A stretch of 64,000 bases of DNA from Octopus vulgaris. Lineage: Eukaryota. Location: positions 104,470,001-104,534,000 of the forward strand of contig OX597818.1 in the NCBI GenBank assembly GCA_951406725.2. Reading direction: 5' to 3'. The translations under genes were made by a program, and so were the position numbers. Positions within the stretch are counted from its first letter, which is position 1; every line of letters begins with the position of its first letter. Below the pieces are notes generated by a model. The model made no database searches. It was not told the DNA's origin and was given only the letters and a program-made list of their open reading frames with translations. Positions 1 to 13,640 of this stretch are shown one piece after another.

Positions 1-169
1 CGAATTAATTAATCATCGGTTTTAATTTTTTTCTCAAGAACTACATTATTTCTCTATCTCTTCAATTCTTTCTTCTTATTTTCTGAAATATACGTATTTG
101 TTGTCATGCATTATTTACAGGACGAGATGTTGAATGTCTTGTTTGTGGCATTGCGTATTTTTCACAAAA

Positions 170-940
170 GCGACGAGCTGACAGAAACGTTAACACGCCG
201 AGCGAAATGCGTAGCCATATTTCGTCTGCCGTTACGTTCTGAGTTCAAATTCCACCGAGGTCGACTTTGCCTTTCATCCTTTCGGGGTCGATTAGATAAG
301 TACCAGTTACGCACTGGGATCGATATAATCGACTTAATCCGTTTGTCTGTTCTTGTTTGTCCTCTCTGTGTTTAGCCCTTTGTGGGTAGAAAAGAAATAG
401 GTATTTCGTCTACCTTTACGTTCTGAGTTCAAATTCCGCAGAAGTCGACTGTGCCTTTCATCCTTTCGAGGTCGATACCTTAAGTACCAGTTACGCACTG
501 GGGTCGATGTACTCGACTTAATCCCTTTGTTTGTCCCCTCTGTGTTTAGCCCTTTGTGGGCGATAAATAAATAAGAAACGTTAGCACACCGAGCGAAATG
601 CTTAACGGTATTTCGTCTGCCGCTACGTTCTGAGTTCAAAATCCGCCGAATTTGACTTTGTCTTTCATCCTTTCGGGGTCGATTAAATAAGTACCAGTTA
701 CGCACTGGGGTTGATATAATCGACTTAATCCGTTTGTCTGACCTTCTTTGTCTTCTCTATGTTTAACCCCTTCTGGGTAGTAAAGAAATAGGTATTTCGT
801 CTGTTCAAATTCCGCCGAGGTCGACTTTGCCTTTCATCTCTTCGGGGTCGATAAATTAAGTACCAGCTGCGTACTATGGTCGATCTAATCGACTGGACCC
901 CTTCCCAAAAATTTCAGGCCTTGTGTCTAGAGTTGAAAAG
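170..940 (+). mobile_element. Tandem array (about 4 units) of tRNA-derived SINE family 1 (Meta-like central domain)
   Basis: tRNA-like head (GAGCTGACAGAAACGTTA...GAGTTCAAATTCC B box) then GTCGACTTTGCCTTTCATCCTTTCGGGGTCGAT...AAGTACCAG, repeated; the same family recurs more than 10 times in the window. Confidence 0.9.
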
Positions 941-1307
941 ATCATGTATTTATCACAGAATGAGAACTGTTTCGTCAAGAAAATCCCCACATTTCCTACT
1001 ATACTAGACCAAATACTGATAAATAACATAAGCAATTCATATGAATTTGTATCAGAAACGGTGCATCATAGATTTAAAGAAAATATTTAAAACATTTCGT
1101 TTTTGTATTTGGCTTTCAAGACTCTTGATATAGGTTTTTATGCTGAAACAGATTTTGTTTTATCTTGGGTGGGTCCTATAACAATAATACACTCACGCAC
1201 CGGTTTTATTTCACTTCTTTTATTTGTTCATTACACATTTGTCTAACTATTTAATCAACTAATTAATCGATTGTCTGTTCGGTCAATCAGTCTAAGAGAT
1301 ATGTTTG

Positions 1308-1347
1308 CCCAGGCCGTTTCGTCGCAGTTAGTGACCTCATCAGTGAC
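1308..1347 (-). ncRNA. Degenerate minimal hammerhead ribozyme remnant
   Basis: Minus strand GTCA-CTGATGA-GGTCAC TAACT GCGAC-GAAAC-GGCC; core boxes present, stems II/III damaged. Confidence 0.4.
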
Positions 1348-1699
1348 ATGCTCTCTCTACTCCAAGTATATTTCAGTCGTGTCTGTCTCCTGGTTTACAG
1401 GTTATGTATATATATATATTATCATGGATATCAAAATCCTATAAGTGGATTCAGTTAACACAACATGCGAAAGTGAAAGTCATTTTGAGACATTTAGCTC
1501 TTATGATATTTAATGGGAGCAGGTGATCTAACTCTTAGCAAGGTTTCTGATACAGCTAGTAGGGAAAGAAAACAATATGAATAGATCAGAAGCAGAGGAT
1601 CATGACATCGTGTTATCCCCAAATTTGAGATTTAATCTGAATATCTGCAATAAAGTGGATTACCTTAATGATGTCTTGAAGTCAGGTGATGCTGTAAAA

Positions 1700-2013
1700 C
1701 AGAGGTTCTCAAACACTTGAGCCACCCCCTCATTGACACATAATACCCTCAGCGCCGAAATCTTATTTTTATGAATAAATAAATATTTCATATTTTACTA
1801 ATTTTCATATATTATGAATCATTTGATATTTAATATAATATTATATGATTTGTATACAATGCTATAATATTATAATATATTCATAGCATCCTCCTATTCA
1901 CTGCCTTCCTCCCAAAGCCTCCTTTTTCTCTACCGCCCCCTTAGGCACCAGTGCCCACCTGGAACGTCTCAACACCCATGGGGGAGCTGTAGCGCCCACT
2001 TTGAGAACCTATG
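1700..2013. mobile_element. hAT (Charlie/Buster-like) MITE
   Basis: TIRs CAGAGGTTCTCAAA / TTTGAGAACCTATG; exact 8-bp TSD CTGTAAAA at 1692-1699 and 2014-2021. Confidence 0.88.
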
Positions 2014-3424
2014 CTGTAAAACATAACTATATTTACCACTACCTAAGAGGAAGTTTTGTTTTTAAACTACAATAATTTATTCACCTAATTCGACTGCAAC
2101 ATATTTCTATATATTTCAAACATCTGCCACAGCGATAACACAAAATTCAGTAGTGAAGGAGATAAGTTAGAGAAAATATCCCTTTATACTATAGTGTATA
2201 TCTTCAAAAATCTTCCTCACTTAAATATTTAAAGAAATATTTTTAGCAATTCTTTTTTAAAATGTTCGTGGGTTTAAATTTCCACCTTATGGAGATATGA
2301 AAGATTTAATTATTTAAATGTTTACGTGCCAAGTTAATGCGATGCAGTATAGAAGTTAGGATGTCAGTGTTATGTTTTAAGAGTCTTTTCCTCAATTTTG
2401 TCTATAACAAATCATTTTTCTGTTAACGAACTAATAGATTTGGAAAGTGCTATGATTGTAGCAACTTATATATGCCCTCTCTTCCTTAAATATTTTGTTT
2501 CGTTTATGTCATACTTTAAACACTAAACGTATTTTGTTTACCAGTCTTCATTGTTTTTCTCTTGAGCAAATAGTTAACCTATCACATTTGATATGCAATA
2601 CATGTGGAGGAATTACTGGAAATTACTACCTAAGGGGAGAGAATCGATTCTAAGTTTATTTTGCTTCTCTTGAAAAAAAAACTATTAAAACTTAAAGCAG
2701 CATACATATATTTGTATTTACTATTTTTCTTTTTTCGGTGAGAAAAACTGCTTAAACTCCCAGGTAGTCCTCTTTCTGGGATCTTTTCGCTTTGATAAAT
2801 TCATATGATACCGCAAATAATTGCTGTTGACACACTACAGCAGAAATTGTATTCACCTCAATAGATGTCATTGTTTGGTTGAAATTGCCGAAATGCAAGA
2901 AATTAAACAACAAATAGCTTACAAACTACAGAATTTTCTCAAGAAAGCCAAGAGAAAAAGATGTTTTATAAACACATTCTGCCAGTATACGAAGTTTAAA
3001 AGTGTTTAGTTACCAAGAAAATATTTTTAAAATCTGCTGGTCAAAGGGAAAATATCCCTCTTTCTGGACTCTTCAGCACGACATAACTCGGGATTTTAAA
3101 ATTCTTTTATCAAAATTCTTTCAGAAAATTATAGACGTTCCATTTCTTTCTTTTCTTCTTCTAAAAGTGGAGGGAACAAGGGAAGAGAGATAAAGGGGGA
3201 AAACCACCTACACGTTACTGAAATATCTTGCATGTTTTTTCAACTGTTACTGTATAGAAATGCTTTGTGTAATGGTTTTGTGTACATTTACATTTAATGT
3301 TTCCATTGCCGACACATATATACTCCATCGTATACATTAAATATATACGTTAATTACATAATATATACAAGATAATGCTTTTTACTCCATCTGTTGAAAC
3401 AGTTACAAAGAACAATAAAATTAT

Positions 3425-3827
3425 GCTGTGTTGTAAGTAGCTTGCTTACGAACCACATGTTTCCGAGTTCAGTCCCACTGCGTGCACCTTGGGCATGTGT
3501 CTTCTACTCTAGCCTCGGGTCGACCAAAGCCTTGTGAGAGGATTTGGTAGACGGAAACTGAAAGAAGCCCGTCGTATATATGTATGTGTGTGTGTATGTG
3601 TGTGAGTGTGTGTGTGTTTATGTGTGTGTGTTTGTCCCCCCAACATCGCTTGACAACCGATGCTGGTGTGTTTACATCCTCGAAACTTAGTAGTTCGGCA
3701 AAAGAGACCGATAGTATAAGTACTAGGCTTGCAAAGAATAAGTCCTGGGGTCGATTTGCTCGACTAAAGGCGGTGCTCCAGCATGGCTACAGTAAATTGC
3801 CTGAAACAAGTAAAAGAGTAAAAGAGT
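3425..3827 (+). mobile_element. tRNA-derived SINE family 2 (CORE-like block, internal microsatellite, LINE-derived 3' tail)
   Basis: GAGTTCAGTCCC B box, CCTTGGGCATGTGTCTT block, internal (TG)n, 3' GGCGGTGCTCCAGCATGG...CTGAAACAAG(TAAAAGAG)2. Confidence 0.9.
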
Positions 3828-5756
3828 ATTTGTGAAATTCAAGCTTTTCTGTTTTTGACTATTTTAAATATTTTCTGTTACATGTATAATAAATTATTGT
3901 AATTTCATTTATTATTTCTCGAAATTTTTTATATGCTTTCGATTCTCAGTTAAAACTCCGTATTCTTTGTATCAATGATACTTTTGACAATTGTAAACTA
4001 CATGCATTATTCTTTCCGTTTTTGTTTCATATTTGAAACCGCTACTTTGCAAGAAACCTATGTTTCTGCAGAAACGGGGACGAATTGACAGAAACAGAAG
4101 ACCCTCGGACAAAATACTCTGTAGTATTTATTTAGTTTCTTTTTGTTCTGAGTTCAAACCATGCTGACGTCAACAATACTTTTCACCTTTCTGAGGTCGA
4201 CAAAATAAAGTACCTGTCGAGCGGTGTGGTCGATAAATCTTCATGTTAACATCTAGGCATTAATGTATTTTAACAGAAGAATACTGTAACTTTGCTCCGT
4301 TATTTGTTGGTGTTCTGCAGCAGTATCAATATCATACGAAACTTATAAACAAGTTTACAAGAATAGAGAAAATATAGCCGTAAAGCGATTTTATAGGATG
4401 ATTTATTTAATTTTTTCTTCTATATAGTTGCAACGCGGAATGAGAAAGCTGTGAGATATTCACTGAATGTAGAAACATTGTCACATGTTGCTTTGAGTAT
4501 ATGGAAAAAAATATGAGAATTTCACATAGTAAATATGACTTATGGCATTTTGTTGTTTGCTTATACTTGCTGCAGTAATAGACGAAAAACCTGTAAATTT
4601 ATCAAATATAAAAATGTATGATTCATGTCAAAATTCTGTACTGTTTGATACATATGTTGAAGATTTCATCGATTTCATTACTTTTGGAAAATTCGATTGG
4701 ATGTAAGGGATCGAGACATTGTGAAAATTATTTCGTGTCAACGGCACTATGTTGTTATTCATTCAAACAAGGTAACTGTAAACAGTGTGAATAAGTACAA
4801 TTTTGCTAGTAGAGAGAGCTATGTTAAATTCTATCTGACCTGTATTATCAGTATTCTAAGAAGTACCTGAATAAGTGGGTTTGGTATTGCACCAGTAGTT
4901 AAAAAAAAGACGAATTCAAATCCTCTGAAGTCTTCTTGTTAAGAATATATTACTGGATGAACTTCAATTTAACTAGACGTCTTCAATAAGATGTTTGTGT
5001 CGTAAAATTCTATCGAAATGGAGGCTGATGAAAGAGAAGAGAATTTATCACTATTTAATACACACAAACACCCACAGGCTTCAAATATAATCATTCTGTA
5101 TAGCTTTAGGTTTTATAAAAGTATTAGCTCATCAGAAAGCAAACAAGATTCTTTTATCTTCTTTCATAAGCATCTTTATATATCCTTGGGTATGAACAAT
5201 TCATCAAAATATACATTTCTTTGGATAAGTTATAACAGCTTTATGTAAAGAAACTAGACGAAAGTAATATGTGTCACCCGAGTTTCATTCAGTAATTTAT
5301 ATCGCTGATTTGTATATAATGAGTACTAAATCAATATCCGTATGATTTTGATTTAAAGAAATAATATAACAAAATGGCTGCTATAAAGTATGCAAACCCT
5401 CTCGCTTGATTATCTCCAAGACATTGTATAATTTAATCCTTAAGCAGCAGAGATATCATCAACTGATGTTTCAAAATATTTTACTTCGATACGGATGCCA
5501 TCAGCTGACCCCTGAGCGTCTATTTCGTCAAATGTGCGAATGTTAATGCGGCCGTTATCAATGGCAGAAATCAAGTCGCAAATGGAAAATTTATACAGTG
5601 AGGGAGAAGATTTTCTGACTTCCCTTCATTATCAGATAAAGTCGATAGGACAAAGGAAACTGTAGGCTCTGTGTGATTGTTTGTGTATATGTGTGTGTGT
5701 ATGTGTATGTGTCTGTGCCTCTGTGTGTGTCTGTGTGCATGTGTTTGTGTGTATAT

Positions 5757-5878
5757 GGCTGCTTCTTTCAGAGTTCATGTATCAAATCCACTCGTAAGGT
5801 ATTAGCCAATCGACCCGGGTCTACAGCAGAGATTACTAGCCCCGCAGTGGAGTGGGGTTGAATACGGAACCATGTGCT
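5757..5878 (-). mobile_element. Degenerate 5' half of SINE family 2
   Basis: Reverse complement resembles 3450-3575 (GCTTCTTTCAG...CAAATCCACTC...GGAACCATGTG). Confidence 0.65.
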
Positions 5879-5959
5879 TACGACTCTTAGAAGCAGATAA
5901 TAACTCTCTTTTACTGAAAAATGTTTTTAGGATAAGAATAAGCGTATTGTTTCGTCATT

Positions 5960-6028
5960 TTATTCAATAAAGTCTTCTTTAGCTTCAATAACGGCTTCTA
6001 TGTGAAGTCTGAATCGCCTACATGCTAG
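5960..6028 (-). pseudogene. Tc1/maT-like transposase C-terminal fragment
   Basis: Minus-strand translation LACRRFRLHIEAVIEAKEDFIE* matches the typical Tc1-family C-terminus. Confidence 0.65.
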
Positions 6029-6034
6029 GAAGCA

Positions 6035-6500
6035 AACGGTCAACACGGAACGCTATGTTCAACACGACTCAACATGGTTATTCAAGAGAAAAGACCTAAT
6101 CGACAGCATGGAGTTCTTCTGCTGCACGAGAACACCCGCCTTCATATCGCCAATATGACCAAAGAAGCCATTCAAACGCATGGCTGGGAAGTGATGCCAC
6201 AGCCGCCGTACTCTCCTGATTTGGCACCAACGGATTTCCACCGCTTTCGATCTCTTTTAAATGCTATGCGCGGAGTTTGGTTCAATACTGATGCAGAATT
6301 GAGAGCTTGCATGGATCAATTTTTCGAGTCGAAATCGGGTGATTTCTACCAAAGAGGTATTGAAAATCTTGTTGGGGGTTGGGAAGAAGTTGTAAACTAC
6401 AAGGGTGACTACATTATTGATTAATTAGTTGTTATTTTTTATTAAAACTTTTTAAAACTTTTTATTTAATAAAACAGCGGGAACTTAGTTTCCAACCTTA
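6035..6500 (+). mobile_element. Mariner 3' fragment with transposase C-terminus (ORF 6074-6424)
   Basis: LLLHENTRLH...PYSPDLAPTDFH...GDY mariner motifs; TIR-like end GGGAACTTAGTTTCCAACCT-TA. Confidence 0.88.
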
Positions 6501-6506
6501 TATATA

Positions 6507-6666
6507 GGTGCAGGAGTGGGTGTGTAGTAGGAGGTTTGCTTCCCAACCACATGGTTTCGGGTTCAGTCCCACTGCGTGGCACCTTGTTCAAAAGTCTTCT
6601 GCTATAGCCCCGGGTTGACCAAAGCCTTGTGAGTTGATCCGGTAGCTGGAAACTAAAAGAAGCCCT
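6507..6666 (+). mobile_element. SINE family 2, 5' half
   Basis: GGTGCAGGAGTGG...GGGTTCAGTCCCACTGCGTGGCACCTTG...GAAACTAAAAGAAGCCC then (CT)n/(TA)n. Confidence 0.85.
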
Positions 6667-6750
6667 CCTCTCTCTCTGTCTCTGTCTCAGACTGTCAGTC
6701 TCTCTCTCTCTCTCTCTCTCTCTCCATATATATATATATATATATATGTG

Positions 6751-7985
6751 CAGGATGTCCAAAAGGATATGCACACTCTTTAAATAACAATAAACGCATT
6801 GTTTTTATTGACTTGCAAACAAGATTAACTGTTAAATTTAAAAAGGGATAAATATATGTTTATAAATGCTCAAAGTGACAACCATCACTTTGCATACACA
6901 GCGGATAACGCTAACCAATGGATTCCACACTACTATTAATCATTTCATTTGGATCTACGAGACACTGTCTTTCAATTTCCTGTTTCAACCCATCAGCTGT
7001 TTGCTGATTTGGGGTAGTAAAACCTATACTTATGATATCTCCATAAAAAGAATTCCCTTGGAATGAGATATGGGGAACGCACAGGAAGGCACAGGAAATA
7101 CTTCTTTGTCCATTTGGAAAAGTTGTTTCATGATGGGCCTATACATTAAGATAGTAGTGTAGGAGTGATCCATCTTGCTGAAAGCAAATCTCCCCTTCAC
7201 CAAACAACTCTTCGACAGTTGGACCGACGAATTCCTGCATTAAGTTTTGGTAAATATCCCGAGAGATAGTTTGGTCAAAAATATGAATGGCCCGAGGATG
7301 CCCAATGCTGAAATTCAAACATCACTCTGTAACCCTCGGTAAGTTCAAATGTTGCTCCATAATAACATGCGAATTTTCAGGAGCCCAGAGAATGCAATTT
7401 GGTCAGTTAATTGAGTCATTTAACTTAAATTTAGCCTCATCACTCCAGTCAATTTTGAACAGAAATGCTGCATCTATCTCGCATTTGACCTGATACCACT
7501 CAAAAAATTCGTTTCTCAGTTCAGAATTCCTCTCTTCATTTAGTACGTAGATTAATGCTGGAATGTAACATTTCCAATTAACTGGCTTCAAAATGCTATA
7601 GGTGCTTGATTTGGGGGCTTCTTGACTCACAAGCCATTTGTCATACAAATTTATGTGGGTATCATTAGTGGGTTTCCGCCAATTGTTTTTCCTTTGCGGG
7701 GCTGATTGATGACCGTAGTATTCCTAAACAATCCCTGTAGAGGTTATGAACAGTTCAATATGATACAAACCTATCTCGGACGCAAGCCATGGTGCATCGC
7801 GTTGGTCGATGTCTTTGAAAGTATATTCGAAAATTGTCTTTGCGCTTCCATGATGTTTACATGCTTCCAGTAGCACTTTATATTAAATTTTCTTTCTTCA
7901 AAACTTAGTCGTACTTCATCCATTATTAGGGACAACTTGATATGAAAAGAAATGAAAAATACGATGTGTGATAAGGATTCAAAGT
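6751..7985 (-). mobile_element. Degenerate Tc1/mariner (maT-like) transposon
   Basis: Minus-strand pieces MDEVRLSFEERKFNIKCYWK, WSDEAKFKLN, CFQQDGS and terminal DGGHFEHL*; TIR-like CAGGATGTCCAAAAGG at 6751; multiple stops and frameshifts. Confidence 0.82.
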
Positions 7986-7988
7986 GTG

Positions 7989-8035
<47 letters not shown>

Positions 8036-8049
8036 GTATATATTTGTTT

Positions 8050-8270
8050 GTGCGCGTGTATACTTGTGTGTGTCACCTACAACCACAACACAACCGATGA
8101 TGGTGTCCTTAGGGCGCGTCAACTTAGTGGTTCTGCAATAGAGAGCGATAAAATAAATATCAGCCTTAATTATAACATGTACTGAGGTCGATTCCTTCGA
8201 CTAAAATTCTTCGAGGTGATACCCCAGCATGGCCGCAAGTCCGAAAACTGAAACAAGTGAAATATAAAAA
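8050..8270 (+). mobile_element. SINE family 2, degenerate 3' half
   Basis: CAACCGATGATGGTGT...GTCGATTCCTTCGACTAAA...CCCCAGCATGGCCGCA...CTGAAACAAG. Confidence 0.75.
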
Positions 8271-8941
8271 AAAATGATATGAATTTAAAATGACAAAAAA
8301 AGTTGTTAATGAGCTTCACCTGCGTTAATTAATCAAACATTATTATACCTGGAACATGAGTTTTTATACATTAAAATTACATTTAATTGGTAATTTTGAT
8401 CTCCTACTGCAGTATTAGAATTGTTAATTTCCTCATCGTTGGTTGTGTGGCATTAGAAAGCCAGCCCCTTTTAGAAGAAGATGGCGGCAACTCTAGAATA
8501 TAGCATTAATGTTGTATATGCCGGACGAATCATTATACTGCTTGTTTATATAAGTATCGATTGAGATTCCATTATAACTAGCTTTTCCCACTGGAATTAT
8601 GCGAGACAAAATAATACATTATATATATATATGCATACATACATACTTATATATATATATGCATACATACATATATATATACATATATATATACGTACAT
8701 ATATACGTACATACATGCACACATATTGGATGTGTGCATATGTATGGTTAACATGTATGCTTATACCTATGTAGGTGTGTGTGTATGTGCGCGTTCGTGC
8801 GTATATATATATGTATGCGCTTATAACTACATATGTATATGCGTATATATATATTTATATATATATATATATTATATATTATATATGTATATATATGTAT
8901 TATACATTTTATATATATTATACGTTTTACATATAAATGTA

Positions 8942-9019
<78 letters not shown>

Positions 9020-11769
9020 ATAGATTAATAACAGCAACTAGAAAAGAAGAAAGAAAAATATCCAAAGAGGAGGATGTATTGAAAAATCTAAAATGGAAAC
9101 TTTCCGTGTGCAAGGAAGCAAATCTTGACCAAAACTATAATTCATTTCAGTATGAAATAATGAACGCACTATGAAGTTTTTACTTGTCTTTCTGGCAAAC
9201 AAGGAAATAAAATCCCATAATTCTTTGCGACAACATTTCCATCTTTATTTATGCAGCGTTCCGGACGTAACTTGATGGCTGCAAAGTACGGGGTCTTTTA
9301 GCCAGACAAAATTTCGTTCTGGTCCAGTTATATAGAGACTAAAACTGATCGTTTCTTTTACGATCTGCATTTATCTTCCTTTTTTATTTATTTTTATTTC
9401 GTTTGGCTTTTATTTCACTTTTATTTTTACGTTATGAAACGAGTATCTATCTAAATAACGAAGTGATATTTTACTCTAAATTGCTTATTGTTGTTCATGT
9501 TGTTATTCTTCCTACCTTTCATTTCGTGTTTAATTCAGTTCTTTTTTTACTCTGGCCAGGATGGGAGGATAATTTTGTTTTGCTTTTCTTCTTGTTGTTA
9601 GTTTTTTCGGCCTTTTTTTTTTGTAATTTTTGTATAATGTGAAAGTTATTTTATTTGTATGAATTTATCTTTTCTCTCATAAATTTTGCCTTCCTCCAAG
9701 AAAGAAAAAGCCAGTAACGTTTAGTTCTTTCGTTGATAACAGTTTGACGTACAGAAGTAGATAAACGGTATTGATTTAATCTTTAAGATCAATTACACAT
9801 TCAAAGAATGAATAAGTACCCGCAAATATTTCATTGAATACCCGGTGTTGGTCTGCAACTTTATGAGTTTTAATACCAGTCTACTGCAACTGATTGACTG
9901 AGTAATTAAAGGGCTCTCTTTCTTCTAGATCAAAGTTTATATTCTCTAGACTGTATGTCTCGAAATATAAATGTAAGTCTCGGTAATTATTGAAAACTCA
10001 AACCTAAAATAAAAATACTTTGATACCTATCAAAAGAAGGATAGAAAAAATGTGCATAAAACAGGAGTTACATAATTATCGTTTCTCACACATAGAGATG
10101 TTAGAAATGCTACGAGGTAAGGTTAGTAATATCTCCCTAAATTCGGTATGATAGTAAATCAATGCATCATAAGCTATTCAAGGAGATGCAGAGAGCCAAA
10201 ACCAGGGAATCAACATTAATATTGGACAGCTTGGGATGTGACACAACTAAGATTTACTGAGGAAACAATATAGATTGTATATATTCCATGTAAGTCAAAT
10301 CTAGATCTCGGTTTCGATTCCGAGCTTAAGCATTCGTTCCACTTTTTACATGTTAAAATTATTTCTACAAAAAAAAAGGCAAGATTGTCTTACATTCTCA
10401 TTCCCAGTTTTCAACATCGAAAAACTCGTACCTATGCAAGGAATTACAAATATTAGACACGATTCCAATGTTCTATAATTTTCTCATTTTACTAGAATGT
10501 ACTAGGATCTTATCATTTCACCTGTCTTTTCGAATCTTCATGATTATAACATAAAAACGACTTAGATTTTCTCATGTCGTAAGTACTCCAGAACTTTAAT
10601 TCTGAGTAAAATCATTTTTAAAGTCTAAGTCAATCTTTACCAAGCAAACCTATAATCAAAATCAATCCAGGCGTATTCATCAGGTTTGTATAAGAATAGT
10701 GTATATTAATGTCTATCCCTTGTATCTTTGCTACTTCTGAGTCATTTCAGGAAATTCTGGTTGGTTACTATTTTCAGCTGTATGTGCATTTGTGTAGTGG
10801 CCCCTTCCTTGATCTCATTAGTTTTGTCTTATCACCAAATTCCTCATACAACCTGAATGAACTAACACAAATTTTGATATATAACATGGAACAGGCATTT
10901 TCGGAAGAAGGAACGGTCATTTTTATCAACCAGAGCGCCTTACTGATCCTAATTTTATCGTGCCCAAAGCCATGAAAATAAAATTCATCTCTAGGTCAGG
11001 GCTCAGAACCTAAGAAAATTTAACTAGAAATATCATAAGCACTTAAACTTTATCCACACCAGTAACATTTCTGCCAATTTCTCCTTCATTCTTATCCTTC
11101 TGCTGTTCCAATACAAATTTTCAAAATATGACTTCAGTACAATATGGCGTATATTTTGCATTCCTTTTGTATTTTTCTATCTCCTATTTCATTTACAGAT
11201 ATTTTATTGAACATTTCATTGAATCTGCAATCTTAGTCTAATTTAACCGAATTGAAACGTATGGCGACACGATATGCATTGCCGGTTTGGAATTTTACCA
11301 TCCGACATCGACTTCTGATCTTTTATTCTATTAATCTTGTTGACTGAGAATAGGAAAGATAAATTCTCTAACTCGAAATGTAATTTTGTGTTTCTCATAA
11401 ACTTTGCCGAAAGCAAATTCAGATTAGATGATGAGTCATGGCCAACGACAAATGCATTAAGAAGCAACTCACTATGCGACCGTTCGATGCACTCTAATTA
11501 GCAGCTAAGCCTCCTCTGTTCAAATTTACTGTCTTTAAAAGCAAGAGAAAGACACATGTGCAAAGGAAGTATAAAATACGTGATTTCCCGATCTGTTTAA
11601 AATAGTTAACTCTCCAATCGTAAACGACAGGTGAAAGTTCCAGAAATTCTTGCTGAACGAGCTACTCAGATGATTTTCTTAGAGTGATTGTAAGTTTGTG
11701 CTCTGCATTAACTCGCTCCTTCTATCAAATCGTCATTGCATGTGCAGGCACACGTTACATGTCCGTGCG

Positions 11770-11930
11770 GCACACGTCTGACGTGCGACACATGTCAGAT
11801 GTCCAGGTGATCGCAGAGCAACGTGAAAGCGCTCTACTGAATAACACAACGCAGCACCTGATTCAAGAATCGGAACCTAATCTTGCGATCAAGGGTGCAA
11901 CTCCATAACCACGAGAACACACACCTTCAC
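11770..11930 (-). mobile_element. Degenerate copy related to SINE family 3
   Basis: GAGCAACGTGA...AACACAACGCA...AAGAATCGGAACC...TCTTGCGATC similar to 29800-29915. Confidence 0.55.
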
Positions 11931-12167
11931 TCTCTGTTTAAAATATAAGCCAAATGTACGTTAAAAGACACTATGGTCTTCAGATATATGGTATAATGTT
12001 GTCCTAGATACATTATCAGTAATCGCTGGAATCTATTTTTGTCATAGATCTACAAGACCAAACCTAGCTTCTATTAAGTCTCGTAGCCGACACTACCTAC
12101 ACTATCGTACGAACAGGTTCATATATTAAAATATTAAAGAGTTTGTTTCAACCCACAATGAAATCAT

Positions 12168-12220
<53 letters not shown>

Positions 12221-13253
12221 ATAAAAGTTAAAGCAACAGAAAAATAGAACATAATTATAGATGTACACTTAATGAATAAAATAATAACAAAATATATGAG
12301 TTCGCTTTTATATAGTTTTGCTGTGCTTCTTTCTCATTTTTATATCGCAGTTATTTTATTTTATTTTTATCAAATATATTCAAATACTGACAATACAATC
12401 TGAAAACGAAAAGAATAATTCAGCACCTGGAACATTTCCCAAAGAATTTTGAAAGTTTTAATCAAAACGAATTAAAGTAATAGAAATCAAATAAATGGGA
12501 AGAATGAATTTTAGAAAGATTCTTGTAGCTCACGCTACCGTTGCTATATTAATTGTTCCTGATATATAAAAATTTAAGTGAGATAAATCCAAATCTGTTT
12601 GTCGTAAGGGTGAATTTTCCATTAACTTCAAATTGCTTGTCAAAACTGGTGAATCTAAAAATATCGTTTACTTTTGACAATAATCGACAAAATCTCAAGT
12701 AAAATATTATTCCTTGCACGTGTACAAATATATTATATCACTTTATTTGGCATCTCCCCCAACCCACTTCCTCAAAAGATATCAATACTAACTTTCACCC
12801 ACCTCTCTGAATTACCCTCCTTCTCTCGCGTTCTCGCTCACAAGCAACATACAAGCAAATATATTTTAGCACACGTCAATATTAACTGTTGCATATAAGA
12901 CATGTTATATACATATGTGTGTGTTTGTGTGTGTTTTTGTGGGGGGGGGGGGATATACAAATAACGAGAGAGAGAGAAAAGAAAATTATTTTATTCCAAA
13001 AGTGTAGAGATATAGAAAAAAAGAAAATATGATATTGAAAATTCACTAGGAGTCTTTTAGATGATTTGTTTGGTTTATTTTTAATTGCTCACCCGGTTTC
13101 ACACTCATTCTGATTTTCAAGTATATGGGAGCCATTCAAGAAAGTGACAGCGTAACCTCACATCTTTATACATCTTAACATTTTTGAACTTCTGAATATC
13201 AGGAAAATCTATGAAACCGGTTGAGCATTTACAAATTTCCAGTTTTATACTTG

Positions 13254-13333
<80 letters not shown>

Positions 13334-13389
13334 TGTGTGTGAAATCTGATCAAACGGTAAAGAGACTGGTGCTACAGAAACAAAACTAA

Positions 13390-13640
13390 AACACATATCG
13401 ATTAGGTATTATCTCTCTTTCGGAATAATCCCCTGATGGATGCATTCCTGGAACTCCTTTAGGTAGGGTGGGGATAGCGAGGAGCGGCCTCGTCACATTC
13501 TCTTGAAATTTCTCAACATCTTAGAATTATGTCGGGGGTCTTCCACTGAGAAGACGGAGCCTTGCTCACGGCGTCATAGCCACAGACTCACGCCTCGTCA
13601 ACTGCTATGACTGGTTTCAAAAGTTTCCGTCTTCTACAGC
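13390..13640 (-). mobile_element. Internally deleted mariner remnant
   Basis: Minus strand VIAVDEA*VCGYDA (first catalytic D region) joined to IQENVTR...QGDYSE-like C-terminal sequence. Confidence 0.5.

Noticed and set aside
170-940. tRNA genes or a CRISPR-like array
   Set aside because: A/B boxes belong to SINE heads without a full cloverleaf; repeats are ~180-200-bp units with no unique spacers; eukaryotic context
11243-11492. Minus-strand 80-codon open frame with CISC motif
   Set aside because: Poor splice acceptor, no ATG, no recognisable domain
13083-13230. Short inverted repeat with GAAACCGG halves
   Set aside because: No CUGANGA box in register; at most a decayed pLTR fragment
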